20,000 nucleotides of DNA from an uncultured virus (IMG/VR IMGVR_UViG_3300044701_002172) (IMGVR_UViG_3300044701_002172:108803-128802), one strand, 5' to 3'. Positions 7,882 to 15,651 are shown, counted from the stretch's first letter. Notes: generated from the sequence alone by a model not told the origin. Translations and numbers: made by a program.

Positions 7882-8037
7882 TCAGAAAGAAATTTCGTCG
7901 AGAGTGGGCACGTTCATGTCGCTGGTAGCGTCAAGAATTTCAGTGACACTGTTGCTGGTGATAGCATCGAGAATGTTAAGGATTTGCTCGCCGTTAGCAC
8001 CTTTACGAAGCATGGAAATCAGAACTTGCTTGCTCAT
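7882..8037 (-). CDS. Small hypothetical protein (MSKQVLISMLRKGANGEQILNILDAI...)
   Basis: 3' part of track ORF 7882..8136; ATG at 8037 follows the upstream stop at 8063. Confidence 0.7.
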   Translation of the reverse strand: MSKQVLISMLRKGANGEQILNILDAITSNSVTEILDATSDMNVPTLDEISF

Positions 8038-8062
8038 GGTAATAAAATAATAAGGTTTACAA

Positions 8063-8224
8063 TCAGTTTTCGATGGGGAACAGCTGCCAGGTGTCTGGGT
8101 GAATTCCCATTTCCTCACAGCGAACCTCGTAGGCAATACGTTGGAGCAGACGTAGATCCATGTTCATGACCGCTTTACGGATCGTGTGGCGGATCTGGGC
8201 GTCTTGGGCGGTGTCAGTAACCAT
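8063..8224 (-). CDS. Small hypothetical protein (53 aa, MVTDTAQDAQIRHTIRK...LQRIAYEVRCEEMGI)
   Basis: Manual translation; directly behind the promoter at 8250. Confidence 0.75.
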   Translation of the reverse strand: MVTDTAQDAQIRHTIRKAVMNMDLRLLQRIAYEVRCEEMGIHPDTWQLFPIEN

Positions 8225-8249
8225 TGTCGGTTCCGTTGTTGACTTACTC

Positions 8250-8308
8250 AGTATAGGGGTGGAACCACCCCGATGTGGGGTGGTTTGGGTCAGTTGTCAG
8301 GCTGGCAC
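8250..8308 (-). promoter_or_regulatory. Early-type promoter: TATACT, GC palindrome over the -35 position and palindromic box
   Basis: TATACT 8255..8250; AACCACCCC-GATGT-GGGGTGGTT 8263-8285; box GGGTCAGTT-GTCA-GGCTGGCAC 8287-8308. Confidence 0.7.
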
Positions 8309-8761
8309 AACCTCAGGCATTTCCAGCTCGTGAGTGTTGCCACTGCCCCAGCCGATCCTGTAGGCTCGCCACTTGCCCTCTGTGGTGTAGAGGTAGGCAT
8401 ACTCTTCCCCAGAGTCACCGCTGGTGAACTCCTCAAAGGTGCCATGCTGAACCCACAGCTCTTCGCCACGCTCAGTGTGGTAGAGAGGCTGAGGGGCACG
8501 AGTGGGGGAGTAGACCCAGTTGCCGTCCATGTCACGAGCGATGTCACCGTTCACATCACGAACCACCGAGGTGATCCACAGATGAGTGGTACGAAGCGAA
8601 GACATGCTGCCACCGTCGATCAGCTCACGAACAGCCTCACGATCCTGGTAGTGCTCAGCCAAAACACGCCCGTTGCCCTCCAGGTAGCCATCGTAGTGGC
8701 AGTAGGTGCTGACGATGCTGTTGTCAGGAAGTTGGTAGCCGATCCGAGAGCGAGTGCCCAT
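8297..8761 (-). CDS. Conserved phage hypothetical protein (MGTRSRIG...YCHYDGY...EEYAYLY family)
   Basis: Recognisable N-terminal and HxDGY motifs; start moved to ATG 8761, downstream of the promoter. Confidence 0.85.
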   Translation of the reverse strand: MGTRSRIGYQLPDNSIVSTYCHYDGYLEGNGRVLAEHYQDREAVRELIDGGSMSSLRTTHLWITSVVRDVNGDIARDMDGNWVYSPTRAPQPLYHTERGEELWVQHGTFEEFTSGDSGEEYAYLYTTEGKWRAYRIGWGSGNTHELEMPEVVPA

Positions 8762-8807
8762 GGTTGTTTCTGGTGGTGGTGGAGGTCCGTTTGCCTCCGA
8801 TGAACCT

Positions 8808-8865
8808 AATATAGGGCAAAGCAAAGGGGGCGTCAAGCCCCCTGTGCCACTCTGTCAACTGTCAC
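8808..8865 (-). promoter_or_regulatory. Complete early promoter cassette: box, hairpin-enclosed -35 and -10
   Basis: AGGGGGC-TTGAC-GCCCCCT (8843..8825); TTGACG, 17-bp spacer, TATATT (8813..8808); box GTGCCACTC-TGTC-AACTGTCAC 8844-8865. Confidence 0.85.
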
Positions 8866-9023
8866 ACACCATGTTCTCTCATGCTTCTCACAAGATACGA
8901 TGTAAATTGTTCCATTTTTTCTGGTGATACTGATTGAGGACAATAATGAATGGCATTCCGTAGAGCGACCATTTCATTGTATTCTTCCTGAGTCAGTAGA
9001 TCTTTTTTGTTTGAATAGGTCAT
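8862..9023 (-). CDS. Small hypothetical protein (53 aa, MTYSNKKDLLTQEEYNEMVALRNAI...)
   Basis: Manual translation; TATAAT at 9050..9045 upstream. Confidence 0.7.
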   Translation of the reverse strand: MTYSNKKDLLTQEEYNEMVALRNAIHYCPQSVSPEKMEQFTSYLVRSMREHGV

Positions 9024-9044
9024 CTTGTGTCAGCGTTTCAACAC

Positions 9045-9061
9045 ATTATACTAGTATTTAA
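9045..9061 (-). promoter_or_regulatory. Possible promoter (TTAAATA followed by TATAAT)
   Basis: Perfect -10 hexamer in an AT-rich intergenic gap, no -35. Confidence 0.4.
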
Positions 9062-9111
9062 CTAAAAACTACTAGTTCTTAATGTTGTGTTTATATTTGT
9101 GTGTAGTAATG

Positions 9112-9333
9112 TTACGCTCCAAATGGACCCCAACTACCTTTATCACCACCCATACGCTGTTCAAGTTTATCAATCAACTCATCGATTTTCATGAGTTGAT
9201 CAATATCACCAATCATAGCAGAGATAGTTTTACATACCAGTGGTCGTTCTTGGCGAGCAGCATAAGCAAGAGCATTACGAAGTGATGCTTCAGCTTCTTT
9301 CAGACTGGATTCAACAGATTCAGACAATGCCAT
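9112..9333 (-). CDS. Cyanophage-type hypothetical protein (MALSESVESSLKEAEASLRNALAYAARQERP)
   Basis: Track ORF; start moved to 9333. Confidence 0.8.
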   Translation of the reverse strand: MALSESVESSLKEAEASLRNALAYAARQERPLVCKTISAMIGDIDQLMKIDELIDKLEQRMGGDKGSWGPFGA

Positions 9334-9335
9334 AA

Positions 9336-9581
9336 TTAACTCCAAATTTGAATAAGTTTAATAGTTTCTACAGTAGCAAAAAACCCACGAATAGCTAATA
9401 TATCATACATTTTAATTTTTTGAAAGTACGGCCACGAAAGAGCATTGCCTACCAATCTAAACATGATGCCAACTTCTACGCTGGTAAACAGCAGTACACC
9501 ATATCCAACAATAAACATGGAATTACCAATAATTCTGCCGTAACTTAATAACTTATATTTCGGATCTATAAACTGATTCAT
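9336..9581 (-). CDS. Small multi-pass membrane protein
   Basis: Two to three hydrophobic segments; ATGA overlap. Confidence 0.7.
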   Translation of the reverse strand: MNQFIDPKYKLLSYGRIIGNSMFIVGYGVLLFTSVEVGIMFRLVGNALSWPYFQKIKMYDILAIRGFFATVETIKLIQIWS

Positions 9582-9853
9582 GTCATTGTCTCATAATGTT
9601 TAGCGAGAGTGTCAATCAATTTTTTAGTTTCTTTTTTTGTAAACAACACCTCAGCAAATGCCCCACAACCATACCTGGATTTCTTTCCCAAGACATACAA
9701 AAAGGCATACTTAATACGATTCCACAGCCCCATGTCAGACAGATGAACATGAAACCAAATAGTATCATTAAAGTCTGGGTCTGGATCAAATGACAAAACA
9801 ATTTGGTGATCAATCTCACCACATTGACAAACAAATAGAGTATTATTTTCCAT
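9578..9853 (-). CDS. Hypothetical protein with CxC...H motif
   Basis: FVCQCGEIDH N-terminus; fits the gene string. Confidence 0.75.
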   Translation of the reverse strand: MENNTLFVCQCGEIDHQIVLSFDPDPDFNDTIWFHVHLSDMGLWNRIKYAFLYVLGKKSRYGCGAFAEVLFTKKETKKLIDTLAKHYETMT

Positions 9854-10115
9854 GATTGCTAATAGTAGTTTGCCAAAATGTACTAGTCATGTGTTGTGAT
9901 CCTGCCATTTTTGCTACAATGTTGCCATCAATCAACGCCACAAGCGTTGGTGTTGCTTCAACGCCACATTGCTTAGCAAAATCAGACCACACACCGTCAA
10001 CTTTAGCAGGAGTGATGTTTACTACATCTTCCCACCCAGAAACTTTTTTCAGTTGAGTTTCGGCGTACAAGCAGGGACGACATCCCTCTTGTACAAATAA
10101 ATGAATTTCTTTCAT
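9843..10115 (-). CDS. Thioredoxin/glutaredoxin-like protein
   Basis: CRPC active site and GVEATPTLV cis-Pro loop. Confidence 0.85.
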   Translation of the reverse strand: MKEIHLFVQEGCRPCLYAETQLKKVSGWEDVVNITPAKVDGVWSDFAKQCGVEATPTLVALIDGNIVAKMAGSQHMTSTFWQTTISNHGK

Positions 10116-10468
10116 GATAGCAGTTCTTTAATAGTCATGTCATTGGTCATTGCTTCCATTTCCTCCTCAGTATATTGAGGATTTTCAGGATTCTTGAGGC
10201 GAGAGAGTTCAGCTTTCACACTATCAAGTTCTTTTCCTGCTTGAATAGTAGTTTGAAAAGCATCAAGAAATTTATTATGATACTCATCAGCAACAAAGTT
10301 TAGATACTTGTAGGTGATGTTGAGAAGATCTCCTGTCTCATTTCGCCCAGGATAGTCATTCTCGAACGAATCCAAGCAAGTAGAAACAAGAACCTTGAGT
10401 TCATCGAAAGAGCACTCACAAAGAGAAAGTTCGTTCATCTTATCCCAAACTTCACGGTAGCTGGTCAT
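10112..10468 (-). CDS. Hypothetical helical protein (MTSYREVWDKMNEL...)
   Basis: Track ORF 10112..10525; start moved to 10468. Confidence 0.75.
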   Translation of the reverse strand: MTSYREVWDKMNELSLCECSFDELKVLVSTCLDSFENDYPGRNETGDLLNITYKYLNFVADEYHNKFLDAFQTTIQAGKELDSVKAELSRLKNPENPQYTEEEMEAMTNDMTIKELLS

Positions 10469-10652
10469 GGGAGGTCTCCTGGTTGACGATGGGTGTATTG
10501 TAGGACGCTTGCTCCAACCTGTCAAGCCTGTTCAGGATCTCATACACAGTATTATCTGTCTCAACCAATTCAGTTTTGAGACGTTCTACTTCATTTTCAA
10601 GATAGTTAATTCTATCTTGTAAGGATTCATATTCAAAGTTGTATTCACTCAT
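10452..10652 (-). CDS. Small coiled-coil protein
   Basis: LQDRINYLENEVERLKTEL heptads. Confidence 0.75.
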   Translation of the reverse strand: MSEYNFEYESLQDRINYLENEVERLKTELVETDNTVYEILNRLDRLEQASYNTPIVNQETSHDQLP

Positions 10653-10653
10653 G

Positions 10654-11166
10654 TTATGCTACCCATTCTGGTTTACGTTCTGGCATACGAAGATAATTAG
10701 ATGCAACCCAAGGTTTGGACGAAATATACATTTTGTAAGCAGTAAAAGTGTCAATGCTTGTGTCAAGTTTAAATTCATCTGGCATCGCTCGTGTAAATTC
10801 TGTTACTTCTGTGATCTTACCCTTGGGAAACAAATAATATGCTTCAACTAAAGTATTATAACATGAATGAATTTTATTGTAACGAATAGCATATTCATCA
10901 CAAAGGTTCATGCCATGTTTAATCAGCCAATAGGCATTGTGAATAGATGCCGCTGCCCACTGTGTACAGGGATGATTACGAAATGCTCCTTTTGCTGTAG
11001 CATATGGAGTTTGATCTATTTTGTGAATATCGCCATAACTATGATACCATTTAGATGCTACAATAGAGAGCATTTGACAGCATTCAAGAGGCATCTTAAC
11101 AATATGCTTGTCGGGAAGACAAATAGCAGATTCAGCTGGCCATTGAGAAGTAACAAAAATGTTCAT
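10654..11166 (-). CDS. Pyrimidine-dimer DNA glycosylase family protein (Pyr_excise/DenV-related)
   Basis: MNIFV...LPDKHIVKMPLECCQMLS, NHPCTQW, RAMPDE, AYKMY...KPW motifs. Confidence 0.8.
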   Translation of the reverse strand: MNIFVTSQWPAESAICLPDKHIVKMPLECCQMLSIVASKWYHSYGDIHKIDQTPYATAKGAFRNHPCTQWAAASIHNAYWLIKHGMNLCDEYAIRYNKIHSCYNTLVEAYYLFPKGKITEVTEFTRAMPDEFKLDTSIDTFTAYKMYISSKPWVASNYLRMPERKPEWVA

Positions 11167-11330
11167 AGGATTCCAACTTCCTTTAAGTAATTACGATAGC
11201 GCATAAATCGACCAAGACTGGGTTGGTTCACAACTTGTAACTGATGGCAAATTTCACAATAGCACAACCAATCATACCATGGTGTGCTAGGATCTAATAC
11301 GTGATACTTTATTTCTGATTGCTTCGACAT
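11163..11330 (-). CDS. Small Cys-containing protein (55 aa, ...DPSTPWYDWLCYCEICHQL...RFMRYRNYLKEVGIL)
   Basis: Manual translation; ATGA overlap with the downstream gene; 5' end overlaps the halogenase homolog by 44 nt. Confidence 0.7.
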   Translation of the reverse strand: MSKQSEIKYHVLDPSTPWYDWLCYCEICHQLQVVNQPSLGRFMRYRNYLKEVGIL

Positions 11331-12705
11331 AATCAAGATGATGTGTTGTGTCAGTTTTGTATTCTGGTTGCTTGAAGGGTAATACCTCAGAAGATATGTC
11401 CCAATTATGATCTTTAGCCGCTATAGTGTGCATAAACATAATATAATCATCATGATCAATATATTGATCACCTAAAAGATTTATAATATGTTCTTGATAA
11501 TCATATTTTACATTTTTATGGTCTATCCAAAATCGAGTATCATCACGTTGACATGTTTTATATTGAGTTAAAATAAAAGCTGCCCAAAACTTGTATCGAC
11601 TTTCAATCCTATCATTAATAACTTCCCTCAAACTATTCACAATATTTTTATCTGGAATATCTTTCCATTGTTGTAAAATAGGTTTTAAATGATTAATGAC
11701 ATCAATTGTCAATGTTAGCCCAGGAGCATCTAATGGTTCTAGAAATCCATTAGCTAAACCAAGAGTACAGTAATTTTCGTGATATGTTTTTTTATTATAT
11801 CGAGGATAAAAATTAACGAGCCTCGGTTCTATATCTACACCAACATCATTAATAAACTCTTCTCTGGCTCTATCTTCACTGACATAGTTAGAACTAAATG
11901 TATACCCTGTACCAATTCTCGAATAAGTTGGTGTTATCCATCTCCACCCATACTTCATAGTTTTTGCTACTGTGTATGGATGAAATTGATTTCTTTTATC
12001 AGTATATTCTAGTGGATATACAAAAGCTTTGTTTGTTAACAATACATCAGACAAATCAACATATTCTTCATTCAAAATATCATTGTAACCAGTGGCAATA
12101 ATATAATAATCTGCTGTGATTACGGTGTCTTTATCAGTAATAAGTCTCTCAATTTTATCATTTGTTTTTTCTACTTTAACAATAGTTTCTGCTAATGTAG
12201 AAACATGTTTGTGCTTCTTACAATGCTTAGAAATAAAATTAATATACTTACCAGCATCAAAATGCCATGATTTTGGATAAAAGAAATCAGATTTAAATAC
12301 GTGATTATCTTTTACTGTATCATTTAAATTACAGGCAATAAGATCATTGATTGAAACATCTTTCGGTTTATTTGCCAAAAGTCTATAAAACATAGTTGTA
12401 TGAATGCTCATGGCATTCGATGACCTATTGTTTTTGAAATTGTGAATAAAGTTGTTTTTAGACCAGTTCTTATAATAGACACCATACTTCACAGCAGCAT
12501 CGGATTCGGCAATAAAAATATCATGGTTTACACCAATTTCTTGATGAAAACCATTTAACTTAATTGTATTGGATTCCCCAACCCCAATGCTAGGAATATG
12601 GGGAGAACCTACAATTATAATTTCACTAAAAAACTCTTTTTTAACTGCCATAGCAGCACAAGCCATCCAGCCTGCTGCCCCAGTTCCAACAATACAGAGT
12701 TTCAT
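11287..12705 (-). CDS. Flavin-dependent tryptophan-halogenase-family (PrnA-like) protein with an altered active-site loop
   Basis: GTGAAG FAD motif, IGVGES, conserved Lys (AAVKYGV), WHFDA, GWRWITP, RIGTGYTFSS, GFLEPLDAPG; start MKLCIVG at 12705 with ATGA overlap. Confidence 0.9.
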   Translation of the reverse strand: MKLCIVGTGAAGWMACAAMAVKKEFFSEIIIVGSPHIPSIGVGESNTIKLNGFHQEIGVNHDIFIAESDAAVKYGVYYKNWSKNNFIHNFKNNRSSNAMSIHTTMFYRLLANKPKDVSINDLIACNLNDTVKDNHVFKSDFFYPKSWHFDAGKYINFISKHCKKHKHVSTLAETIVKVEKTNDKIERLITDKDTVITADYYIIATGYNDILNEEYVDLSDVLLTNKAFVYPLEYTDKRNQFHPYTVAKTMKYGWRWITPTYSRIGTGYTFSSNYVSEDRAREEFINDVGVDIEPRLVNFYPRYNKKTYHENYCTLGLANGFLEPLDAPGLTLTIDVINHLKPILQQWKDIPDKNIVNSLREVINDRIESRYKFWAAFILTQYKTCQRDDTRFWIDHKNVKYDYQEHIINLLGDQYIDHDDYIMFMHTIAAKDHNWDISSEVLPFKQPEYKTDTTHHLDYVEAIRNKVSRIRS

Positions 12706-12923
12706 AGTTTTCCGCCTACTGTTCCTTCGTGTTGTTTGGTTTCTGGAAATCCTTCTTGAAGCCATTTAAGATAGCATCGAGTAGCATTAACACATTGTTC
12801 TTCTGTGAGAGAAGTGATGATGGGTTTCTCGTCTTTGTCAAAAGAATGCCAAAGTCCATAGTTAGTTTGTTTTAAATAAAACGCCCCCTCGTCATAAAAA
12901 ATTGGCTCTTGCTGGTTGCTCAT
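12702..12923 (-). CDS. Cyanophage-type hypothetical protein (ends ...EGTVGGKL)
   Basis: Track ORF 12702..12962; start moved to ATG 12923. Confidence 0.75.
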   Translation of the reverse strand: MSNQQEPIFYDEGAFYLKQTNYGLWHSFDKDEKPIITSLTEEQCVNATRCYLKWLQEGFPETKQHEGTVGGKL

Positions 12924-13119
12924 CTGGTACTCCTTCAATAATAATTTGTGCTGGTTTATCATTCCAATGACGAACTACTCCAGCAATGATAAAACAGTTA
13001 GTAATAAGATACGTAACAAAAATAATAGTTCTAACGATTGCCACTCGGTCTGCCACGTCGTCTTTTTTGTGTGCTTTCTCCCCCAGTGCTAGTGCCCACA
13101 GATGCCACAGGTGTTTCAT
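12892..13119 (-). CDS. Small membrane protein (WALALGEKA...YLITNCFIIAGVVRHW)
   Basis: Hydrophobic helix; motif familiar from cyanophage hypotheticals; start moved to 13119. Confidence 0.75.
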   Translation of the reverse strand: MKHLWHLWALALGEKAHKKDDVADRVAIVRTIIFVTYLITNCFIIAGVVRHWNDKPAQIIIEGVPDEQPARANFL

Positions 13120-13408
13120 TTGGTTCAAAAAATTGATCGAGAGATGAGAATAGTTGTTGTTTGGGTTTCCTGCCACGTTTCTTTGGTGTTTCTACTGGTT
13201 CTTCCTTGTCCACTACAGGAAGTGGCACAGCAAGAGTAGGATCTTGATAATGGATGGTAGCATCCTTGGTCTTGATGCTGTAACGAGTCAGATGTTTATC
13301 AAGGTGATTCTGGCATTGAAACCAGCAGATTTTATGTTCCTTCCCGTCCTGATACTCTAGACGAATCGGAAACCCAGTGTGAGGGAACAGGTCTTGGTCT
13401 TGCTTCAT
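13031..13408 (-). CDS. Hypothetical protein with basic C-terminal tail (FP..RLE...KICWFQC..HLDK)
   Basis: Track ORF 13031..13459; probable start MKQDQDLF at 13408. Confidence 0.7.
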   Translation of the reverse strand: MKQDQDLFPHTGFPIRLEYQDGKEHKICWFQCQNHLDKHLTRYSIKTKDATIHYQDPTLAVPLPVVDKEEPVETPKKRGRKPKQQLFSSLDQFFEPNETPVASVGTSTGGESTQKRRRGRPSGNR

Positions 13409-13754
13409 AATGTTGTAGTTTGCCGTTAAGGAAAGTAAGAGAGCATTCTGGCCAGTCATCCCACTGACCTTTGTGAGTCTGTGGATATACTACCACAGTT
13501 TTGGACAGTTGGCAAGCCTTGACCCTGCCATGGTTGCCGTTGAGGATGTATTCTAATCCTAGTAGGTTTTCATCTGAATCTACAATGTCATAAATGTCTT
13601 CATCTTCGATCACCCACAACCTACCAGATGGATCCAACCAATAAAGATCTAAGAATCCCCTGTATTTCTCATTGAATGTCTTAGATTGACACACAGTTTC
13701 AGTAAATGGTTCGCCCAGATCGTATGATGAGCGAAAGTAATCAAACATTCCCAT
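13332..13754 (-). CDS. Conserved phage hypothetical protein (MGMFDY...YWLDPSGRLW)
   Basis: Recognisable MGMFD-type N-terminus. Confidence 0.8.
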   Translation of the reverse strand: MGMFDYFRSSYDLGEPFTETVCQSKTFNEKYRGFLDLYWLDPSGRLWVIEDEDIYDIVDSDENLLGLEYILNGNHGRVKACQLSKTVVVYPQTHKGQWDDWPECSLTFLNGKLQHYEARPRPVPSHWVSDSSRVSGREGT

Positions 13755-13758
13755 GGTA

Positions 13759-13926
13759 TTATGTGGTAGTGATTCTAAAGTTAAAACTATCTATGAAGGT
13801 TTGCCATGCCCCATCATTAAATTCTTTTGTCTCATAAGAAAAACGATACCCGTTTTCTTCTTGTATAGCATAGTCAATCTCACACTGAATGAGTGCTCGG
13901 AGTTGTTCGATTTGTTCTTTAGTCAT
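13759..13926 (-). CDS. Small hypothetical protein (55 aa, MTKEQIEQLRALIQCEIDYAI...)
   Basis: Manual translation; ATGA overlap; fills the gap exactly. Confidence 0.7.
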   Translation of the reverse strand: MTKEQIEQLRALIQCEIDYAIQEENGYRFSYETKEFNDGAWQTFIDSFNFRITTT

Positions 13927-14459
13927 CCCAGTTTCCTCTTAATAGTTTCAAGACAGTCATTCCAACCTTCTACCAGTTCTTCAACACCAATAGATTGAGA
14001 ACCTTCAGCAGATTGTGGTTTAGGCAACCACTTCTTGATACGCTCAATCAAATCATCAATTGATTCATTGGATGACAAACTGGATTTAACTGTGAAGATA
14101 TCACTCCACCAATCATCAATCACATCACCAAGAGTGGGACCAAAGGTGAATTTGAGTGATCCTTGTGGATTAGCAGAAATGTCAGCAGCAAACATCTTCT
14201 CAAGCAGTCGGAATGTTTCAGCATCATCTACACGAGTTAGAATGCCACCTTCATCGTTCTCACGCCACCACTTGACCCAACCATCACTATGACGATAGTG
14301 ATTACGATAGTATGTGGTATTGTTGTAATCAACACAATACACCGTGCCTTCTTTCAGCGATTCCATTTTAGGAATGGGTGTCTTCTCAATCTCTTCAAGC
14401 AGTGCTACTTTCTTTTCAAGTAGTTTGATTTGTGCTTTTACTTCTTCAATTTCAGTCAT
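13923..14459 (-). CDS. Hypothetical protein with N-terminal coiled coil
   Basis: 178-aa ORF; IEEVKAQIKLLEKKVALLEEI. Confidence 0.8.
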   Translation of the reverse strand: MTEIEEVKAQIKLLEKKVALLEEIEKTPIPKMESLKEGTVYCVDYNNTTYYRNHYRHSDGWVKWWRENDEGGILTRVDDAETFRLLEKMFAADISANPQGSLKFTFGPTLGDVIDDWWSDIFTVKSSLSSNESIDDLIERIKKWLPKPQSAEGSQSIGVEELVEGWNDCLETIKRKLG

Positions 14460-14661
14460 TTTTTTCTACCCAAGTACAAGCAAAACAAATCTTCATCATA
14501 AACCTCACAAATCTATTAGGAACAGTTCCTTCGTTTGGTGTCCATTGAATACCATTACCAGGAGAACCACCAAACATATAACAAGTCCAGTCAGATAGCT
14601 TTGGATTGTGAATTTGTAATTGATAGTCAGGGAATTTAGTTTCGTAGAATTTATCAGTCAT
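14452..14661 (-). CDS. Hypothetical protein
   Basis: 69-aa ORF, overlapping start/stop. Confidence 0.75.
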   Translation of the reverse strand: MTDKFYETKFPDYQLQIHNPKLSDWTCYMFGGSPGNGIQWTPNEGTVPNRFVRFMMKICFACTWVEKND

Positions 14662-14843
14662 AGGTCAAAAGGTTGTTGAGGGTCTCGGGTCCACACTTTC
14701 GTATACACTAACCACTTCTCTTGTTTGTTATCCATCTCAGCAGTCCAGTGATACCCATTCTCATCAATAGCATCAAGGTAATGAATACCTTTACGGTCAT
14801 CAATCACACGAGTGACTGATACAAACTTTACTTTTTCAACCAT
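14658..14843 (-). CDS. Hypothetical protein (GIHYLDAIDENGYHW)
   Basis: 61-aa ORF, ATGA overlap. Confidence 0.75.
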   Translation of the reverse strand: MVEKVKFVSVTRVIDDRKGIHYLDAIDENGYHWTAEMDNKQEKWLVYTKVWTRDPQQPFDL

Positions 14844-14845
14844 AG

Positions 14846-14968
14846 TCAGTTACCGTTAATGATGTTCCAGAATTGTTTAGAATTAGCACCAGGAAGATGT
14901 GGTAGTTTCTTCTCCCAGTATCCTGTGATGTGATAATACCACGATTTTAGCACATATGGGAGTTTCAT
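14846..14968 (-). CDS. Small hypothetical protein (40 aa, MKLPYVLKSWYYHITGYWEKK...)
   Basis: Manual translation; ATGA overlap; fills the gap. Confidence 0.65.
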   Translation of the reverse strand: MKLPYVLKSWYYHITGYWEKKLPHLPGANSKQFWNIINGN

Positions 14969-15291
14969 ACTCCATCTCCAGTTTCTTGCCACAAAGCAAC
15001 AGGACTATATTTTTGCTCTACTTCTTTCACACGTTCCATGAAACTATCATCACCATGATCACCACTATACAGATAATCAATATGCCTCATAATTTCTGAC
15101 ATCTTACGAAGTTTAGGCAGTTGCTCTTTCAAATACTCAATCACTTCATCAGGATAGTTTGAATAGTAATAAGAATGGTCTCCATCTGTGCCTGCTTTAC
15201 CATTGTGTCGGATTTCTTCCTCCAACTCATCAGCAAATTGTGATACCTTGTAATAATCGTAACCGCAGTTACCGAAATGTCCGCCGCTCAT
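14965..15291 (-). CDS. Conserved phage hypothetical protein (MSGGHF...IDYLYSGDHG)
   Basis: 108-aa ORF with MSGG-type N-terminus. Confidence 0.8.
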   Translation of the reverse strand: MSGGHFGNCGYDYYKVSQFADELEEEIRHNGKAGTDGDHSYYYSNYPDEVIEYLKEQLPKLRKMSEIMRHIDYLYSGDHGDDSFMERVKEVEQKYSPVALWQETGDGV

Positions 15292-15491
15292 TGTTGTGCC
15301 TCAATAATAGATTTGATTTGTTGAAGATCTTCTATGCGTTCTTTGGTAAGATCATACTCTTCACAATACCAATCAAGATCAGGATTTTCCTGATTGGTTT
15401 CCTCCCGAATGTCCCATTCAATACACTGAAGATGTCCTTCTTGGTCTCGAATGAAATAGTTTAGAGTGTCAAATAAAGTCATGATCTTCAA
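15288..15491 (-). CDS. Hypothetical protein
   Basis: 67-aa ORF in the gene string. Confidence 0.75.
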   Translation of the reverse strand: MKIMTLFDTLNYFIRDQEGHLQCIEWDIREETNQENPDLDWYCEEYDLTKERIEDLQQIKSIIEAQQ

Positions 15492-15651
15492 AAGTAAAGT
15501 AATCAGTAATGGCAGACATCACAGCATCATTAATACGATCAAAAATAACATGTTCTTCTGGGTTTTCTACATGTTTGTGGGCAAGACGCCAACCACGTTG
15601 AACACCTTGTTCAATTGCCATTTCAAGAATAACGTGTGTTTTAGGTTTCAT
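15469..15651 (-). CDS. Hypothetical protein (AIEQGV.RGW..AHKH.ENP)
   Basis: 60-aa ORF, TAATG overlap. Confidence 0.75.
   Translation of the reverse strand: MKPKTHVILEMAIEQGVQRGWRLAHKHVENPEEHVIFDRINDAVMSAITDYFTFEDHDFI

Noticed and set aside
9103..9115. GTA-N7-TAC in an intergenic region as an NtcA site
   Set aside because: Spacer is 7 rather than 8 nt
1003..9834. Alternative-frame minus-strand ORFs 1003..1254, 8290..8547 and 9616..9834
   Set aside because: Almost wholly nested in better ORFs that have coupled start/stop overlaps or recognisable motifs
13502..13523. TGGACAGTT half-site resembling the promoter box
   Set aside because: Second half-site is poor, there is no -10 at the expected offset, and it lies in coding sequence
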